Below are positions 43,140-52,904 of a stretch of DNA of 64,000 nucleotides, piece after piece. Origin of the DNA: a virus; IMG/VR virus record IMGVR_UViG_3300050821_007764, positions 25,049 to 89,048 of that record, one strand, 5' to 3'. Position numbers and translations under genes: made by a program. Below the pieces are notes generated by a model. It was not told the DNA's origin and made no database searches. It saw nothing but the letters and a program-made list of their open reading frames with translations. The stretch's first letter is position 1, and every line of letters begins with the position of its first letter.

Positions 43140-45881
43140 TTAAGTGAGTCCAGCCCAAAATGGCGTATTCAAGGAGACATTACTGCCCGGAGTGATCGAT
43201 CCGGCCAGGGCTGTGGTCGCGGTGCCATTGGTGGCGAAACGGTTACGGGCCGCCGTCGTGGTGCCGTTATAGAGGGTTGCGTCCAGCGCATTGTTGTTTT
43301 TTCCGAAAGCTGGTGCCGTGGTTCCGTTGGAGAAGAACGCCACCCAGTAGTAGCCAGGTGCTAGTGTGAACGGACCGCCGGTCAGGGCCATCGATTTGCG
43401 GCCAGTAGAGTTCCAGCTGCTGGACTGACTGGCCGTGGTAGCAACCAGGGTGCCCGCTGAGTTATAGATACCGGCGAAACTCTGGCCTGCGGTGAGGGTG
43501 TTTCCCGCTGTCACAACGTACAGAACCACATTGGTCACCGAGATAGGCTGTGGCACCTGCACCTTGACCAGGTTGACCACCCCCGATGTTGGGGCAATGC
43601 CGGTGCCTGAAACCATCATCGGGTCGAAGGACCAGGCCAGGTAGCCACTGTCATTGGGTTGAGCGGTGAAGTTGGTGGTCCAGGTGGGACCACTGGTGAT
43701 GCTACCGTCAGTGGTGAAGTTCCAGACGCCGGTGCCGGTGTTGTTGGTCAGCGTCTGGGCCCGGTTGTTGGCAAGAATGACACCACTGGCACCATTCAGG
43801 TTGATGAACGGACTTCCGGTGAAAGTTCCCGGGATATCGCGAACATCGTACTGCGAGACCTCAGTCTGCAAGCACGTAGCTTCAAGATAGACGTCGTACG
43901 TAGTAGACCCGTTTGGTCCCTGCAAGTCGCGTCCGCAGGACCGGATGACGGTGTTGGTGGAAGGCCAGGTGGAGTTGGTGGCCTGACCGATGTAGAAGAG
44001 GCTGTTGCCGACGGTGGCCCCGGTGAAAATGTCGTAGGACCGGCAGTTCTCGAACACCGTTCCCTGTCCGGACAGGGACTTGACCGCACCACCAAAGGGC
44101 TTCTCGAAATAGCAATCCCGGAACGCGTTCTGCTCATGATAGGTGCGCGCTGAGCTGCCGGAGTCGGCCTGGATCAGGACCTGATACTGGGTGGTATCGA
44201 GGTTGATATTTTGAAACAAGCAGTGGTTCCACGTCAGGTTGGCCACATCGGCAGTGGATATTCCCGTAATGGACCATCCGGGCACGGAGCGGGTGGCCCC
44301 ATATACGCTGGAGATGATGTTCTCGAACTTGATCCACAGCAGCGTGCTGGAGGAGTTCCACACGCTCTTGTTGGAGGAACGGGCATAGCAGATCAGATCG
44401 TGAAAAGATCCCTGGTTGATGTTGGCATTAGTAAAGCAATGACCGCCGGTGGCGTCCAGGATCAGGTGGTCGACCTCAATGAACCCCGGCTGGCTGCCGT
44501 TACCGGGATGCATGTAGTTGCTGCCGAAGTCGAAGATGTCCGTAGCGGTAGTCTTCAGCGTAGTGCCATAGTCACCCGTGAACCGGAGTCCCACCGTTGG
44601 CTTCAGGGACGTCCCGAGTAGGTACGTACCGGCCGGAAAGTAGATGACGCCCTGGCCACCTGTAACTGCGGTAGTGGCCGCATTGATTGCAGCCTGAATC
44701 GCGGCACTGTCGTTGGCGACTCCATTGCCTACTGCTCCGTAGGTCTTGACGTTGAGCCAAGCGCTGCCGGATACCGCACCTGGGACCTGCCACGACCCAT
44801 TGCCCGAGCCGTCGGAGGTGAAGACATTCCCGAGCGCGGCACCTGTGGGGAGCTGGAGCGTACCCGTCACGGTGGCATTGCCAGTAACGGTGCTGATGAC
44901 GGTACCGCCGCCGTTGAAAAGGTAACCGCCACGCGCGGAGCCGGAAACAGTGATGTTGCCGAGCTCGTGCAGGGTCCCCGCGTAGATTTCGATGTTGTGC
45001 GACGGCATGTTCGTCAGCGAGTCATTACCGAACGTCGTCGCGTGGACCGTCAGTTCACCGCTGCTCGACATCTGGATGTTGGGGTACGTATTATCGGTGG
45101 CCTGGCTGTTGGAGTGGATCATGCCGCCGACAACAGTGACCCCGGTGACCGTGTCGCCGACGTAGATGCCGTGCTTCTGATTCCGGTCGACGCCGCAGTT
45201 GACGATGGACACCATCTGCACGCCGTTGTTGACGTTGATGCCGGTGCCGGTTGAGGACCAGATGTCACAGTTCGCCAGGTGTGCAACCCAGCCGATACCA
45301 CCGATGTTGACGCCGTCATTCCCGGACAGGCCGATCAGGCAGGCATCAATACCGGTGTCGGAGCCGTTCAGGGTGATGCCGTTGTGGGTCGACTGGACAA
45401 TCCACGTGCGCTGCACCTTGACGGCCTGACGGCCAGAACTGATCTGAATGCCGTCGAATGCCGCGTTGGTGAGGTAGCAGTCCACAATGTGCCAGGCGGT
45501 GTCCTGTGCCGTGGCGGTGTCGAGATGGATCAGGTCCCCGCCGGTGTTGTTGGCCTTGTTTCCGTCCAGGCCCATATTGCGGATCTGCACGTTGGCAATA
45601 CCAGCACTGCCGTGGATCAGATGGTCGTTGACGCCATTTTTCAGTTTGAGGACGCTGGCTCGACCAGCGGGAGTCGGGAACGTGTAGTTGGACTGCTGGG
45701 AACCCTGGAGCACGGTGCCGACCAGCGTTTCCAGGCGGCCCGTCAGGTATGTGCCCGGAGGGAAGTACACCGGCGGCCCGGCCGCATTGATGGCGGCCTG
45801 AATAGCGGCGGTGTCATCCGTGACCCCGTCCCCGGCGGCCCCGTAGTCCTGCGGCGTGATGAATCCGGCGAGGAACGGCAC
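43140..45881 (-). CDS. tail spike with two pectate-lyase-like beta-helix domains
   Basis: YGAAGDGVTDDTAAIQAAINAA..YFPPGTY and YGAVGNGVANDSAAIQAAINAA..YFPAGTY. Confidence 0.85.
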   Translation of the reverse strand: MPFLAGFITPQDYGAAGDGVTDDTAAIQAAINAAGPPVYFPPGTYLTGRLETLVGTVLQGSQQSNYTFPTPAGRASVLKLKNGVNDHLIHGSAGIANVQIRNMGLDGNKANNTGGDLIHLDTATAQDTAWHIVDCYLTNAAFDGIQISSGRQAVKVQRTWIVQSTHNGITLNGSDTGIDACLIGLSGNDGVNIGGIGWVAHLANCDIWSSTGTGINVNNGVQMVSIVNCGVDRNQKHGIYVGDTVTGVTVVGGMIHSNSQATDNTYPNIQMSSSGELTVHATTFGNDSLTNMPSHNIEIYAGTLHELGNITVSGSARGGYLFNGGGTVISTVTGNATVTGTLQLPTGAALGNVFTSDGSGNGSWQVPGAVSGSAWLNVKTYGAVGNGVANDSAAIQAAINAATTAVTGGQGVIYFPAGTYLLGTSLKPTVGLRFTGDYGTTLKTTATDIFDFGSNYMHPGNGSQPGFIEVDHLILDATGGHCFTNANINQGSFHDLICYARSSNKSVWNSSSTLLWIKFENIISSVYGATRSVPGWSITGISTADVANLTWNHCLFQNINLDTTQYQVLIQADSGSSARTYHEQNAFRDCYFEKPFGGAVKSLSGQGTVFENCRSYDIFTGATVGNSLFYIGQATNSTWPSTNTVIRSCGRDLQGPNGSTTYDVYLEATCLQTEVSQYDVRDIPGTFTGSPFINLNGASGVILANNRAQTLTNNTGTGVWNFTTDGSITSGPTWTTNFTAQPNDSGYLAWSFDPMMVSGTGIAPTSGVVNLVKVQVPQPISVTNVVLYVVTAGNTLTAGQSFAGIYNSAGTLVATTASQSSSWNSTGRKSMALTGGPFTLAPGYYWVAFFSNGTTAPAFGKNNNALDATLYNGTTTAARNRFATNGTATTALAGSITPGSNVSLNTPFWAGLT

Positions 45882-45882
45882 G

Positions 45883-46638
45883 TTAACTCACCCCTGTCAA
45901 AAGGCCGTTAGTGTAGGTCAGTGTTCTTGTTGACACGACGGGGCTGCCGTCCTGTGCGGTTGTGTACTCGGTGATCTGCGAAATTCGGTTCAGGGCGTCG
46001 TAGGCGAGATTGGTGATGCGTGCACCGCTGTCCTCGGAGATGGTCTGCAAGAGACCGCCAGTGCCACCGGACTGGTCGAAAATCTTGTACATCAACCCGT
46101 ACGCTGTATTAGCCCACGTCACACCATCAGGGGAAGTGTCCGCACCAGTGACCTGATTCGAGTGCTGCCACACGTAGTAATGCCCCGTGGTGCCTACCAG
46201 TGTCGTCACAATGTGGTAGGGCGTACTCCCGGTCAGGCCCGTAGCAGCAAGCGGTACGGTCACCCAGAACGGGGACGAGTAGATGTAGCTACTACTGATC
46301 GACACTGCCGCCAGAGCGCTGCCCGAGGGGAGTCCGCCGGAGTCGGCGTACAGGCCCACCTGGAGTGCCGGAATCAGGGTCAGTGTCGGGGATCCCCCAA
46401 CGGTGGACAGCTGGAGCTGCACACTGCCGATGGTGGTCTGGGCCGACCCGGTGACGATTGTCTGCGCCAGCCACTGCGACAGCGTGTCCGAGTACACCCC
46501 GGAACCCGTGGCCTGCGACGACTGCAAGGTCCCCGGATAAATGAACTGGGCGTTGTGCGCGGCAAGGAACTGGTTGACTTGACCGGCTTGTGCATTCGAC
46601 TTGGCGGCGGCCCCGAGATATACGGGGACGGTCGACAT
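45883..46638 (-). CDS. minor tail protein, paralogue of 42363-43130
   Basis: QVNQFL..H; LAQTIVTG; YKIFDQS; YTNGLLTGVS. Confidence 0.75.
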   Translation of the reverse strand: MSTVPVYLGAAAKSNAQAGQVNQFLAAHNAQFIYPGTLQSSQATGSGVYSDTLSQWLAQTIVTGSAQTTIGSVQLQLSTVGGSPTLTLIPALQVGLYADSGGLPSGSALAAVSISSSYIYSSPFWVTVPLAATGLTGSTPYHIVTTLVGTTGHYYVWQHSNQVTGADTSPDGVTWANTAYGLMYKIFDQSGGTGGLLQTISEDSGARITNLAYDALNRISQITEYTTAQDGSPVVSTRTLTYTNGLLTGVS

Positions 46639-46639
46639 G

Positions 46640-47227
46640 TCAGCTCCCCACCGAGAACGACGCCTGCAAAATCAGCGTGTTACTGGTAGTAACCGTAACG
46701 CTCGGCGAGAAAGCCCAGTGATCCAGAAGCGTCCCCAGATTCGCCGTGGCGGACGCGTTCGCGAAAACGCCAGCCTCAGTGACCGTCCATGTCGAGGCTG
46801 GGGAAGAAAAGTAGAACAGCCATGTCGTCTGCGCGGTAATCGAGGGGGTTGCCGGAGTCGATGCCCCAGCACCTACCGTCTGCCTGCCCAGCTCTGTGAA
46901 AAGCTGGGTGTCGGACGCCGCAACTGTCCCAGCCCCGCTGCCGACCGCACCGTACAGGGGCGTCAGATAGGTGGGGGACGTCACTCCGAGATTCGCACCC
47001 TGGTCCTGGATACCAGACCACACCAGTGCGGCAGCCAGCGCGGTCAGCCCGGCCGTACACATGATGTTGGACCCGTCACGCCGATCAATGACAGCACTGT
47101 CCGGCGGCAGCACCATGGCGCTCACGTTGTCCTTGTTGGCCGTGAACCATTCGGTGTCCACGACGGTCAGGGAGAGGTGCCCGTTGATGCTGAGATTCGA
47201 GGTGTGGCTGCTCTTGACGGGTTCCAT
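46640..47227 (-). CDS. minor tail/baseplate protein
   Basis: AVGSGAG..AASDTQLFTELGR; TEAGVF. Confidence 0.7.
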   Translation of the reverse strand: MEPVKSSHTSNLSINGHLSLTVVDTEWFTANKDNVSAMVLPPDSAVIDRRDGSNIMCTAGLTALAAALVWSGIQDQGANLGVTSPTYLTPLYGAVGSGAGTVAASDTQLFTELGRQTVGAGASTPATPSITAQTTWLFYFSSPASTWTVTEAGVFANASATANLGTLLDHWAFSPSVTVTTSNTLILQASFSVGS

Positions 47228-47243
47228 CGCGCACGATCCTATC

Positions 47244-47463
47244 TCAGCCCCAGGCTGCTGTGCCCCATGTCGCCTGGTTCCAGCCCAGATTCGTGGAAAC
47301 CGTCCCGGTCACTGCGTCGGCCAGTGTGGTGCTTTCGTCGATCTCACTGACCAGACTGGTTCCCGTGATGGTTGTAGCGCCTTGTGTTGCCTGCTGAAGA
47401 CCGTTGTTCAGCGTCCCGAGAATATCGACCCAGGTGCTAATACGGCCGGTAAGCTCCCGGCAC
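47244..47463 (-). pseudogene. small virion gene with apparent +1 frameshift or non-canonical ATT start
   Basis: GTG-PGAYRPY-TAG, then the +1 frame reads STWVDILGTLNN...WNQATWGTAAWG-stop and fills the gap exactly. Confidence 0.5.
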
Positions 47464-47467
47464 TAGA

Positions 47468-47908
47468 TCACCCGACCTTCCGGTGTGCCTGCTGGTATGC
47501 CTGCACACGATTGCGGCGGCAGGTACGACAGTATCGACCACCTGTTGCTGGGGTGTACGTGTTTTGTGGGGTGAACTCATGCCCATGAATGCAGTGGGTC
47601 TGACGTACTCGGATGCCAGTTATCCCATAGCCGCGACGGTTGTTCTCCGCTTGTGTCACCGGCTCCAAGTGTGCCGGATTAACGCAGCCTCGGTTGCGAC
47701 AGAGGTGATCTATGTGAAGACCTGGCGGGATAACACCAACGACGAGCTCGTACGCAACACGATGCGCATGCAGAGGACGCCCGTGGACACCACCGGCTCC
47801 GATAGTGCCGTATCCCTCTGGCTTTCGGCAGGCCAGCCACTCCCAACAGTCGTCCGGTCCACGCTTGTCTACTTTTGGCCAGAACCGTTGCTCCAGAGTT
47901 CCACGCAT
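47468..47908 (-). CDS. free-standing HNH homing endonuclease
   Basis: RFWPKVDK..CWEW; AHRVAYEL; IDHLCRNRGCVNPAHLEPVTQAEN; THCIHGHEF. Confidence 0.9.
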   Translation of the reverse strand: MRGTLEQRFWPKVDKRGPDDCWEWLACRKPEGYGTIGAGGVHGRPLHAHRVAYELVVGVIPPGLHIDHLCRNRGCVNPAHLEPVTQAENNRRGYGITGIRVRQTHCIHGHEFTPQNTYTPATGGRYCRTCRRNRVQAYQQAHRKVG

Positions 47909-47920
47909 GCGTTGACGTTA

Positions 47921-49324
47921 TCAGATGCGGATTGCCGTGATCTGGCACTGGCGGTAGCCGCCCGTACTCTGGAACGCCACGTTGTTTCCGATGACGATGA
48001 ACGTGTCCGTCAGGCCCCAGGAGTACGAGGTCGCTGAATTCGGGACAAGCGTTGTCGTGATTGTGCAGGTCTGCCCCGAACGAACCCATCCGATGAAGTC
48101 CTCCGACGTGTTGAACGTGATGCGCTCGGCGGCGAAGGCGTACTCCTGGCGCTCCCGCATGGCCCGTGACAGAGCCATGGGTGTCGTGCTGAGCGACGTG
48201 TCGTTGATGTACTCCTCGTAGATGCCCCGGTTGGGACCCGTGTACGTGCTCTGTGACGCCGCATCACTGGCCTGCGCGATGATCGGAAACTGGTAGTCGT
48301 ACCAGAGCTGAATCCGGACCCCGGCCGCCGGTGCGGACGTGTTGCCCAGATACCAGCCGCCCACCGAGTTCTGCGTCACGATCCACCCGGAAGGCGTCGT
48401 ACTGGTGTTCCCGGCCTGGACGACTGTCAGGGCCGTTTTCACACCGTTGACCTTCAGGACAGGCGAACCAGTGACGGTGAAGCGGAGGCCCCACGTCGTG
48501 GTGGTACCGTCACCGCGCCAGGAGCCGGTCGGGGCCGTCGTGTTGACGTTGCCGTGAATCGCGGACTGGTTCGCACCCTGGACGAGGATCTTGTTGCGGA
48601 TCGAGGTGCCGTCCCACTCGTACCCGAACTGCCCGTCCAGCCGGATATGGCCCTGGGTCAGACTCCCGCCTACTGTTGGGGTGGTAGTGAACGTGACGCC
48701 GGAGGAGATGGCTGTGCTGGCGTCATAGAAGTGCAGTTTCCGGTTCTGGTCCACGTACCAGCCGTACGGGGTGACCTGGCTGGCCAGGGTGGCGAGTTTC
48801 TTCCAGGCGTCGCTGAGCGTGGTGTAGTTGAGGATGAAGCTGGACAGTACTGGCCCTGGGGCGACGAATCCGCCGTTGGGAATGGTTGCGGCCGAAATGC
48901 CGCAGTTCGCCTGCTTGGTGAGCGAGATGACGATCTGGTCGACGGTCTGTCCGAAGAACTCTCCGGCAACGATGACATTGTCCGCGTAGAACGTATAGTC
49001 CGTGCAGTTGAGGTTCCACTCGTTACGGTTCGCACCTGCGACCTGAAGAATGGGGTCATTGACAACGCCCGCGAACAGTGTCTGGGCGGCTGTGTTGTCG
49101 ACCAGACTGACCTGGCTGAGGACAGGAATGTAGAAGTTCGGATGTGCTTGTCCCTGCCAGTCGTCCACCAGGGGGATAACGGCGGTATCCCCCTGGCGGC
49201 CGAAGTTCTGGGTGATGCCCATCTGGGAACTGGCACCCGCCCAGGCCAGCTTGGACGTGTAGTTGGTGGCACTGCCGCCGGGCGGGGTAATGAGAAGGGT
49301 GAGGTTCGGTGGGGCGATGGCCAC
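47921..49324 (-). CDS. minor tail protein (hub/distal tail)
   Basis: Immediately downstream of the tape measure; WYVDQNRKLHFY. Confidence 0.75.
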   Translation of the reverse strand: MAIAPPNLTLLITPPGGSATNYTSKLAWAGASSQMGITQNFGRQGDTAVIPLVDDWQGQAHPNFYIPVLSQVSLVDNTAAQTLFAGVVNDPILQVAGANRNEWNLNCTDYTFYADNVIVAGEFFGQTVDQIVISLTKQANCGISAATIPNGGFVAPGPVLSSFILNYTTLSDAWKKLATLASQVTPYGWYVDQNRKLHFYDASTAISSGVTFTTTPTVGGSLTQGHIRLDGQFGYEWDGTSIRNKILVQGANQSAIHGNVNTTAPTGSWRGDGTTTTWGLRFTVTGSPVLKVNGVKTALTVVQAGNTSTTPSGWIVTQNSVGGWYLGNTSAPAAGVRIQLWYDYQFPIIAQASDAASQSTYTGPNRGIYEEYINDTSLSTTPMALSRAMRERQEYAFAAERITFNTSEDFIGWVRSGQTCTITTTLVPNSATSYSWGLTDTFIVIGNNVAFQSTGGYRQCQITAIRI

Positions 49325-49338
49325 TTAGTTTCCCCTTC

Positions 49339-52230
49339 TCAGAACCGGGACCGGTACCCGCCGGACGGCAGAATCATGGTAGCCAACCGCTTCTCCATTT
49401 TCTGGAGGAGTGCGTCCGTATCGCGGTCGGACATGATCTGAGCGCCGCGCAGGTCGACGTGGATGTGCAGTTCCGAAGCGCTGCTGGAACCGCCTCCGCC
49501 TATGCTTCCTGCCAGCGTGAGGCCGCCGCCTACGGTCAGGGAGCTGTTGAGTGAGCTGTTGGCAGTGGTCTTCAGTCCTGCTGCCAGACGGCGGACAGCA
49601 TCGTGGGCGACGCTCGCATGCTTGTCAATACCGGCCGCGATTCCGTGGGGAATCCACTTGCCGACCTGGTCGGCGAAGACCTTCGACGGCGAACCGATGC
49701 CGAGGAAGCTCAGTGCTCCGTGCAGGGCGCTCTTGGCGATGCTCACGATGGCATTGACCACGTAGCTCGCACCTGCTTCGATGCCCTTGATCAGCCCGTT
49801 GATGAGGTTGATGCCGATGTTGTAGAAGTTGTAGAGAAATCCGGTCAGCCAGTTCCAGGCGTCAACCAGCGGCTGAACAATCCAGTGCCTGACCAGTGCC
49901 CATGCCCCTTGCGCGATCTGAACGATATTGTTCCACTGACCGGCGAGGAACGACCCGATCGCATTGATGGCGGGCTGGATAAAAGCCCAGACTGCCTCTA
50001 CTGGTTTGATGACAACGGTTTTAAAAATTCCCCAGGCTGCCTGGGCCACCGTGACAATCGCCTGCCAGGTCGAGACGAAGAACCGGGACAGAGATCCCCA
50101 TACTGCTTTTGCTGTTCCGATGATCTGCGTGTGAAAATGGTTCCAGATCGCAATAAGAACTGCGATGGGGAACGCGAAAATCAACAGCAGTAGCGGCCAC
50201 CACTTCTCGAAGAATGCTTTGATCGAGTTCCAGACTGACATCGTCGTATTGACGATCGCATTCCATACGCTCACGATCGATCCCCAGAGCGCGGTTGCCG
50301 CACTGGCCACTGCGTTCCAGGCGGTTTCCAGGGCGTGCCAGGTGGCAATAGCTGCCGTCACAAGCCACTTGAAGGCGACGACCAGGGCCGCAATGGTTAC
50401 CTTGACCACGACACCGACGACCTTGAATACGTCATTGACGATGTCGCGGAATGTCTTGAAGTGCGTGTAGCAGTACACCAGGATCAGAACAAGGGCGACC
50501 AGCGCGGCAACGATGGGATTCTCCCCGACGAGCGCCAGCGCACCGTCGAGAAGCTCCGCCACCATGATGACCATCTTGATAGCGCCAAACACAGCAATCA
50601 GTGCACCAACCACTTTGAACACGGTGATGACGAGCTGCTGGTGCTTCTCGATCCACGCCGCCAGCGGACCGACGACCTTGGCGATCTCCTGCGCCACTGC
50701 CACTACCTCAGGAAGCAGCGCTGTACCGATAGCGATAGCGGCATTCTTGATGGCTTCCTTGGCGCGGTCCATCTGGAAAGCCGCAGTCTTCTGGAGCGCG
50801 GCAAAACCCGTCACGTTGCCGTTGGCCGCACCTGTTGCATGGTCGATCTTGTAAATGGCGTTGGCGGTGTCACGCGCATTCTCGCCCGTTGTCATCAGAG
50901 CCACGCGCAGACCGGCAGACGTACCGATCAGCCTGGAGAAGGCCCCTGTGTATGTCTGGTGAAGCTTCGGGGCATTGGCCGCAGCCACCTGGGACAGCCA
51001 CTGGAGCGTCCCTCCGAGCCCCTGCGTGGAGAGGTGCTTATTCAGTTCATCAGTAGTGATGCCTGTTGCCTTGAATTCCTTCTGCATAGTCGCAGAAGGC
51101 TTCTCCAGGCTCTGGATCGCGTTCGCCAGGTTCTGAGAGGCGCGCTGTGCCGTAACACCGTGAGACGTCATGACGGACAGCACGCCAGCGACGTCCGCGA
51201 ACCGCAGGTGCACAGAGGCGGCAAACGGCAGCACGTTGGCCATGGCCGCCGACATGGACTGAAAGTTCGCCTTACCGACCGACACCGCAGCGACGAGCTG
51301 GCTGGTAGCGAAAGTCGCCTTGCTCGCGCCGAGGTGGTAGTCCTTCATGATGTCGGTGACCGCGTTCGCCACCGTGGCGAAGTCGGACCCCTCCAGCGCC
51401 GCACCCTGGGTGGCCGCCTTCAGAACATCCATGCCGCCTTTCGCCGCGCTGTACCCAGCCGCCTCCACCACGTACATGGATTTCGCCAGGTCGTCCGCCG
51501 AAACGCCCGTCTGGTTGGAGAGCTGGAGGATTCCGTCGCGCACCTGGCCGAGAGCGCTCTGCGACTCACCGGCCGTTGTCACCAGTCGCTGGGTCAGCGT
51601 CTGGAACTGCATTGCTGACTTGACTGCTTCGTACCCGATCCCGGCTACGATGGCGACGGCCCCGAAGGCAGCATTCTTGGCCTTCGTCGAGGACTCCGCG
51701 CTAGCTGTCCCGGCCCGCCTGGACGCAGCAGCCTGCTCGTCCGAGGCGGCAACGGACTCGCGGGCAGCCACAACACTCGCGCCCGTCGCAGCGTCCACGG
51801 TAGCGGCGAGGCGGGCCTCAGCGGCACTCATCTCAGTCGCTGCGGCAGCCGTACGGCGCTGGGCCGCAGCCAATTCGTCCGCAGCCGCGACAAGGCGGCT
51901 CTGAGCCGCTATGTCGCCGTCCGCAGCGGAAAGAGAGGCCCGCTGTGCCTGGACGAGGGCTTCCTCGGCGGTGGCCTCTTCCTCGGTCGCCATCGCCAGC
52001 TTGGCCCGGGATGCGGACAGCTGGGACGTGGCCAGGGTGACAGCATCCCCGCCGGAGGCCGTCGCCAACAGCCCGGCGTCGATCCGGGCCGCCGCCTCCT
52101 CCGCAGCCGTAGCGGCGAGCTGCGACGTTTCCGCCATCTGCGTAAAGCTGCCGCTGACACGGTGCAGGACGTCGGACACGAGGTCGACACCCGTAATGGT
52201 GGCGAGTACCTGAATAGCTTCAGCCAGCAT
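49339..52230 (-). CDS. tape measure protein
   Basis: 963 aa, Ala-rich and helical, periodic Trp repeats, LGIGSPSKVF motif. Confidence 0.95.
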   Translation of the reverse strand: MLAEAIQVLATITGVDLVSDVLHRVSGSFTQMAETSQLAATAAEEAAARIDAGLLATASGGDAVTLATSQLSASRAKLAMATEEEATAEEALVQAQRASLSAADGDIAAQSRLVAAADELAAAQRRTAAAATEMSAAEARLAATVDAATGASVVAARESVAASDEQAAASRRAGTASAESSTKAKNAAFGAVAIVAGIGYEAVKSAMQFQTLTQRLVTTAGESQSALGQVRDGILQLSNQTGVSADDLAKSMYVVEAAGYSAAKGGMDVLKAATQGAALEGSDFATVANAVTDIMKDYHLGASKATFATSQLVAAVSVGKANFQSMSAAMANVLPFAASVHLRFADVAGVLSVMTSHGVTAQRASQNLANAIQSLEKPSATMQKEFKATGITTDELNKHLSTQGLGGTLQWLSQVAAANAPKLHQTYTGAFSRLIGTSAGLRVALMTTGENARDTANAIYKIDHATGAANGNVTGFAALQKTAAFQMDRAKEAIKNAAIAIGTALLPEVVAVAQEIAKVVGPLAAWIEKHQQLVITVFKVVGALIAVFGAIKMVIMVAELLDGALALVGENPIVAALVALVLILVYCYTHFKTFRDIVNDVFKVVGVVVKVTIAALVVAFKWLVTAAIATWHALETAWNAVASAATALWGSIVSVWNAIVNTTMSVWNSIKAFFEKWWPLLLLIFAFPIAVLIAIWNHFHTQIIGTAKAVWGSLSRFFVSTWQAIVTVAQAAWGIFKTVVIKPVEAVWAFIQPAINAIGSFLAGQWNNIVQIAQGAWALVRHWIVQPLVDAWNWLTGFLYNFYNIGINLINGLIKGIEAGASYVVNAIVSIAKSALHGALSFLGIGSPSKVFADQVGKWIPHGIAAGIDKHASVAHDAVRRLAAGLKTTANSSLNSSLTVGGGLTLAGSIGGGGSSSASELHIHVDLRGAQIMSDRDTDALLQKMEKRLATMILPSGGYRSRF

Positions 52231-52480
52231 GGCCCTGACTCCTCCGATGCTGTTCCTCGCGCCGAATCAGCTGAATGTAGACGAGGTAGTCCTCTGCCTC
52301 CGGCCATGGAAGTTCCCGGAACTCGTCCAGGGACATTCCGAGCTGTTCTTTGAGTTCTTTACGCAGAAGGAACGTCGAAAAGCTCGGGGGCCCCTGCGTC
52401 CCCATCCGTACCGCCGCCGAGGTCTTCAACAGGAAACTGGCGATCCTCCTCCGGAGTCCGCACCTTGTTCTGGCCGTCAA
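52220..52480 (-). CDS. tail assembly chaperone C-terminal extension (gpT-like)
   Basis: Overlaps the upstream chaperone in the +1 frame; LGMSLDEFRELPW; precedes the tape measure. Confidence 0.6.
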   Translation of the reverse strand: MTARTRCGLRRRIASFLLKTSAAVRMGTQGPPSFSTFLLRKELKEQLGMSLDEFRELPWPEAEDYLVYIQLIRREEQHRRSQGHAG

Positions 52481-52790
52481 CGGCCTTCCAGAGGTCGTCG
52501 AAGATGCTTCCGGGGAGCTGCTGCACGTGCTTGAGGTCGAGCGGCCAGACGGTGCCGTTGTCGTCGTCCAGGTTCCACGCCTTGATGGACGCCAGGAGCA
52601 TCAGCTGCCGGTACCGTGCGACGTCCGGGGTGGGAACAGCTTCGCCGCCGGTCATGACGACCTTGGACAGTGCCCGTTCCGCAGCCTCCTTGGAGCCCTG
52701 TGAGACGTGCTTGGCGAGGTCGACCCAGTACCCCCGCTCGGCATCGACGACGACACGGTTGACACCTTCGTAGGCAGTAAGAAATCCCAT
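52359..52790 (-). CDS. tail assembly chaperone (gpG-like)
   Basis: Between major tail and tape measure; IKAWNLDDDNG..PL...LP. Confidence 0.8.
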   Translation of the reverse strand: MGFLTAYEGVNRVVVDAERGYWVDLAKHVSQGSKEAAERALSKVVMTGGEAVPTPDVARYRQLMLLASIKAWNLDDDNGTVWPLDLKHVQQLPGSIFDDLWKAVDGQNKVRTPEEDRQFPVEDLGGGTDGDAGAPELFDVPSA

Positions 52791-52815
52791 GGAGTCCCCT
52801 TGTTTTCTGGCGTGG

Positions 52816-52846
52816 AAAAGGCCCCTGGCGAAAGACGCCAGGGGCC
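52816..52846 (-). terminator. terminator after the major tail gene
   Basis: 11-bp stem followed by TTTT on the minus strand. Confidence 0.7.
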
Positions 52847-52904
52847 GGTGCAGGATGACAGCTGCGATGATTCCCAGCTGCATGTAGAAGCTGGCGTGCA
52901 TGGT

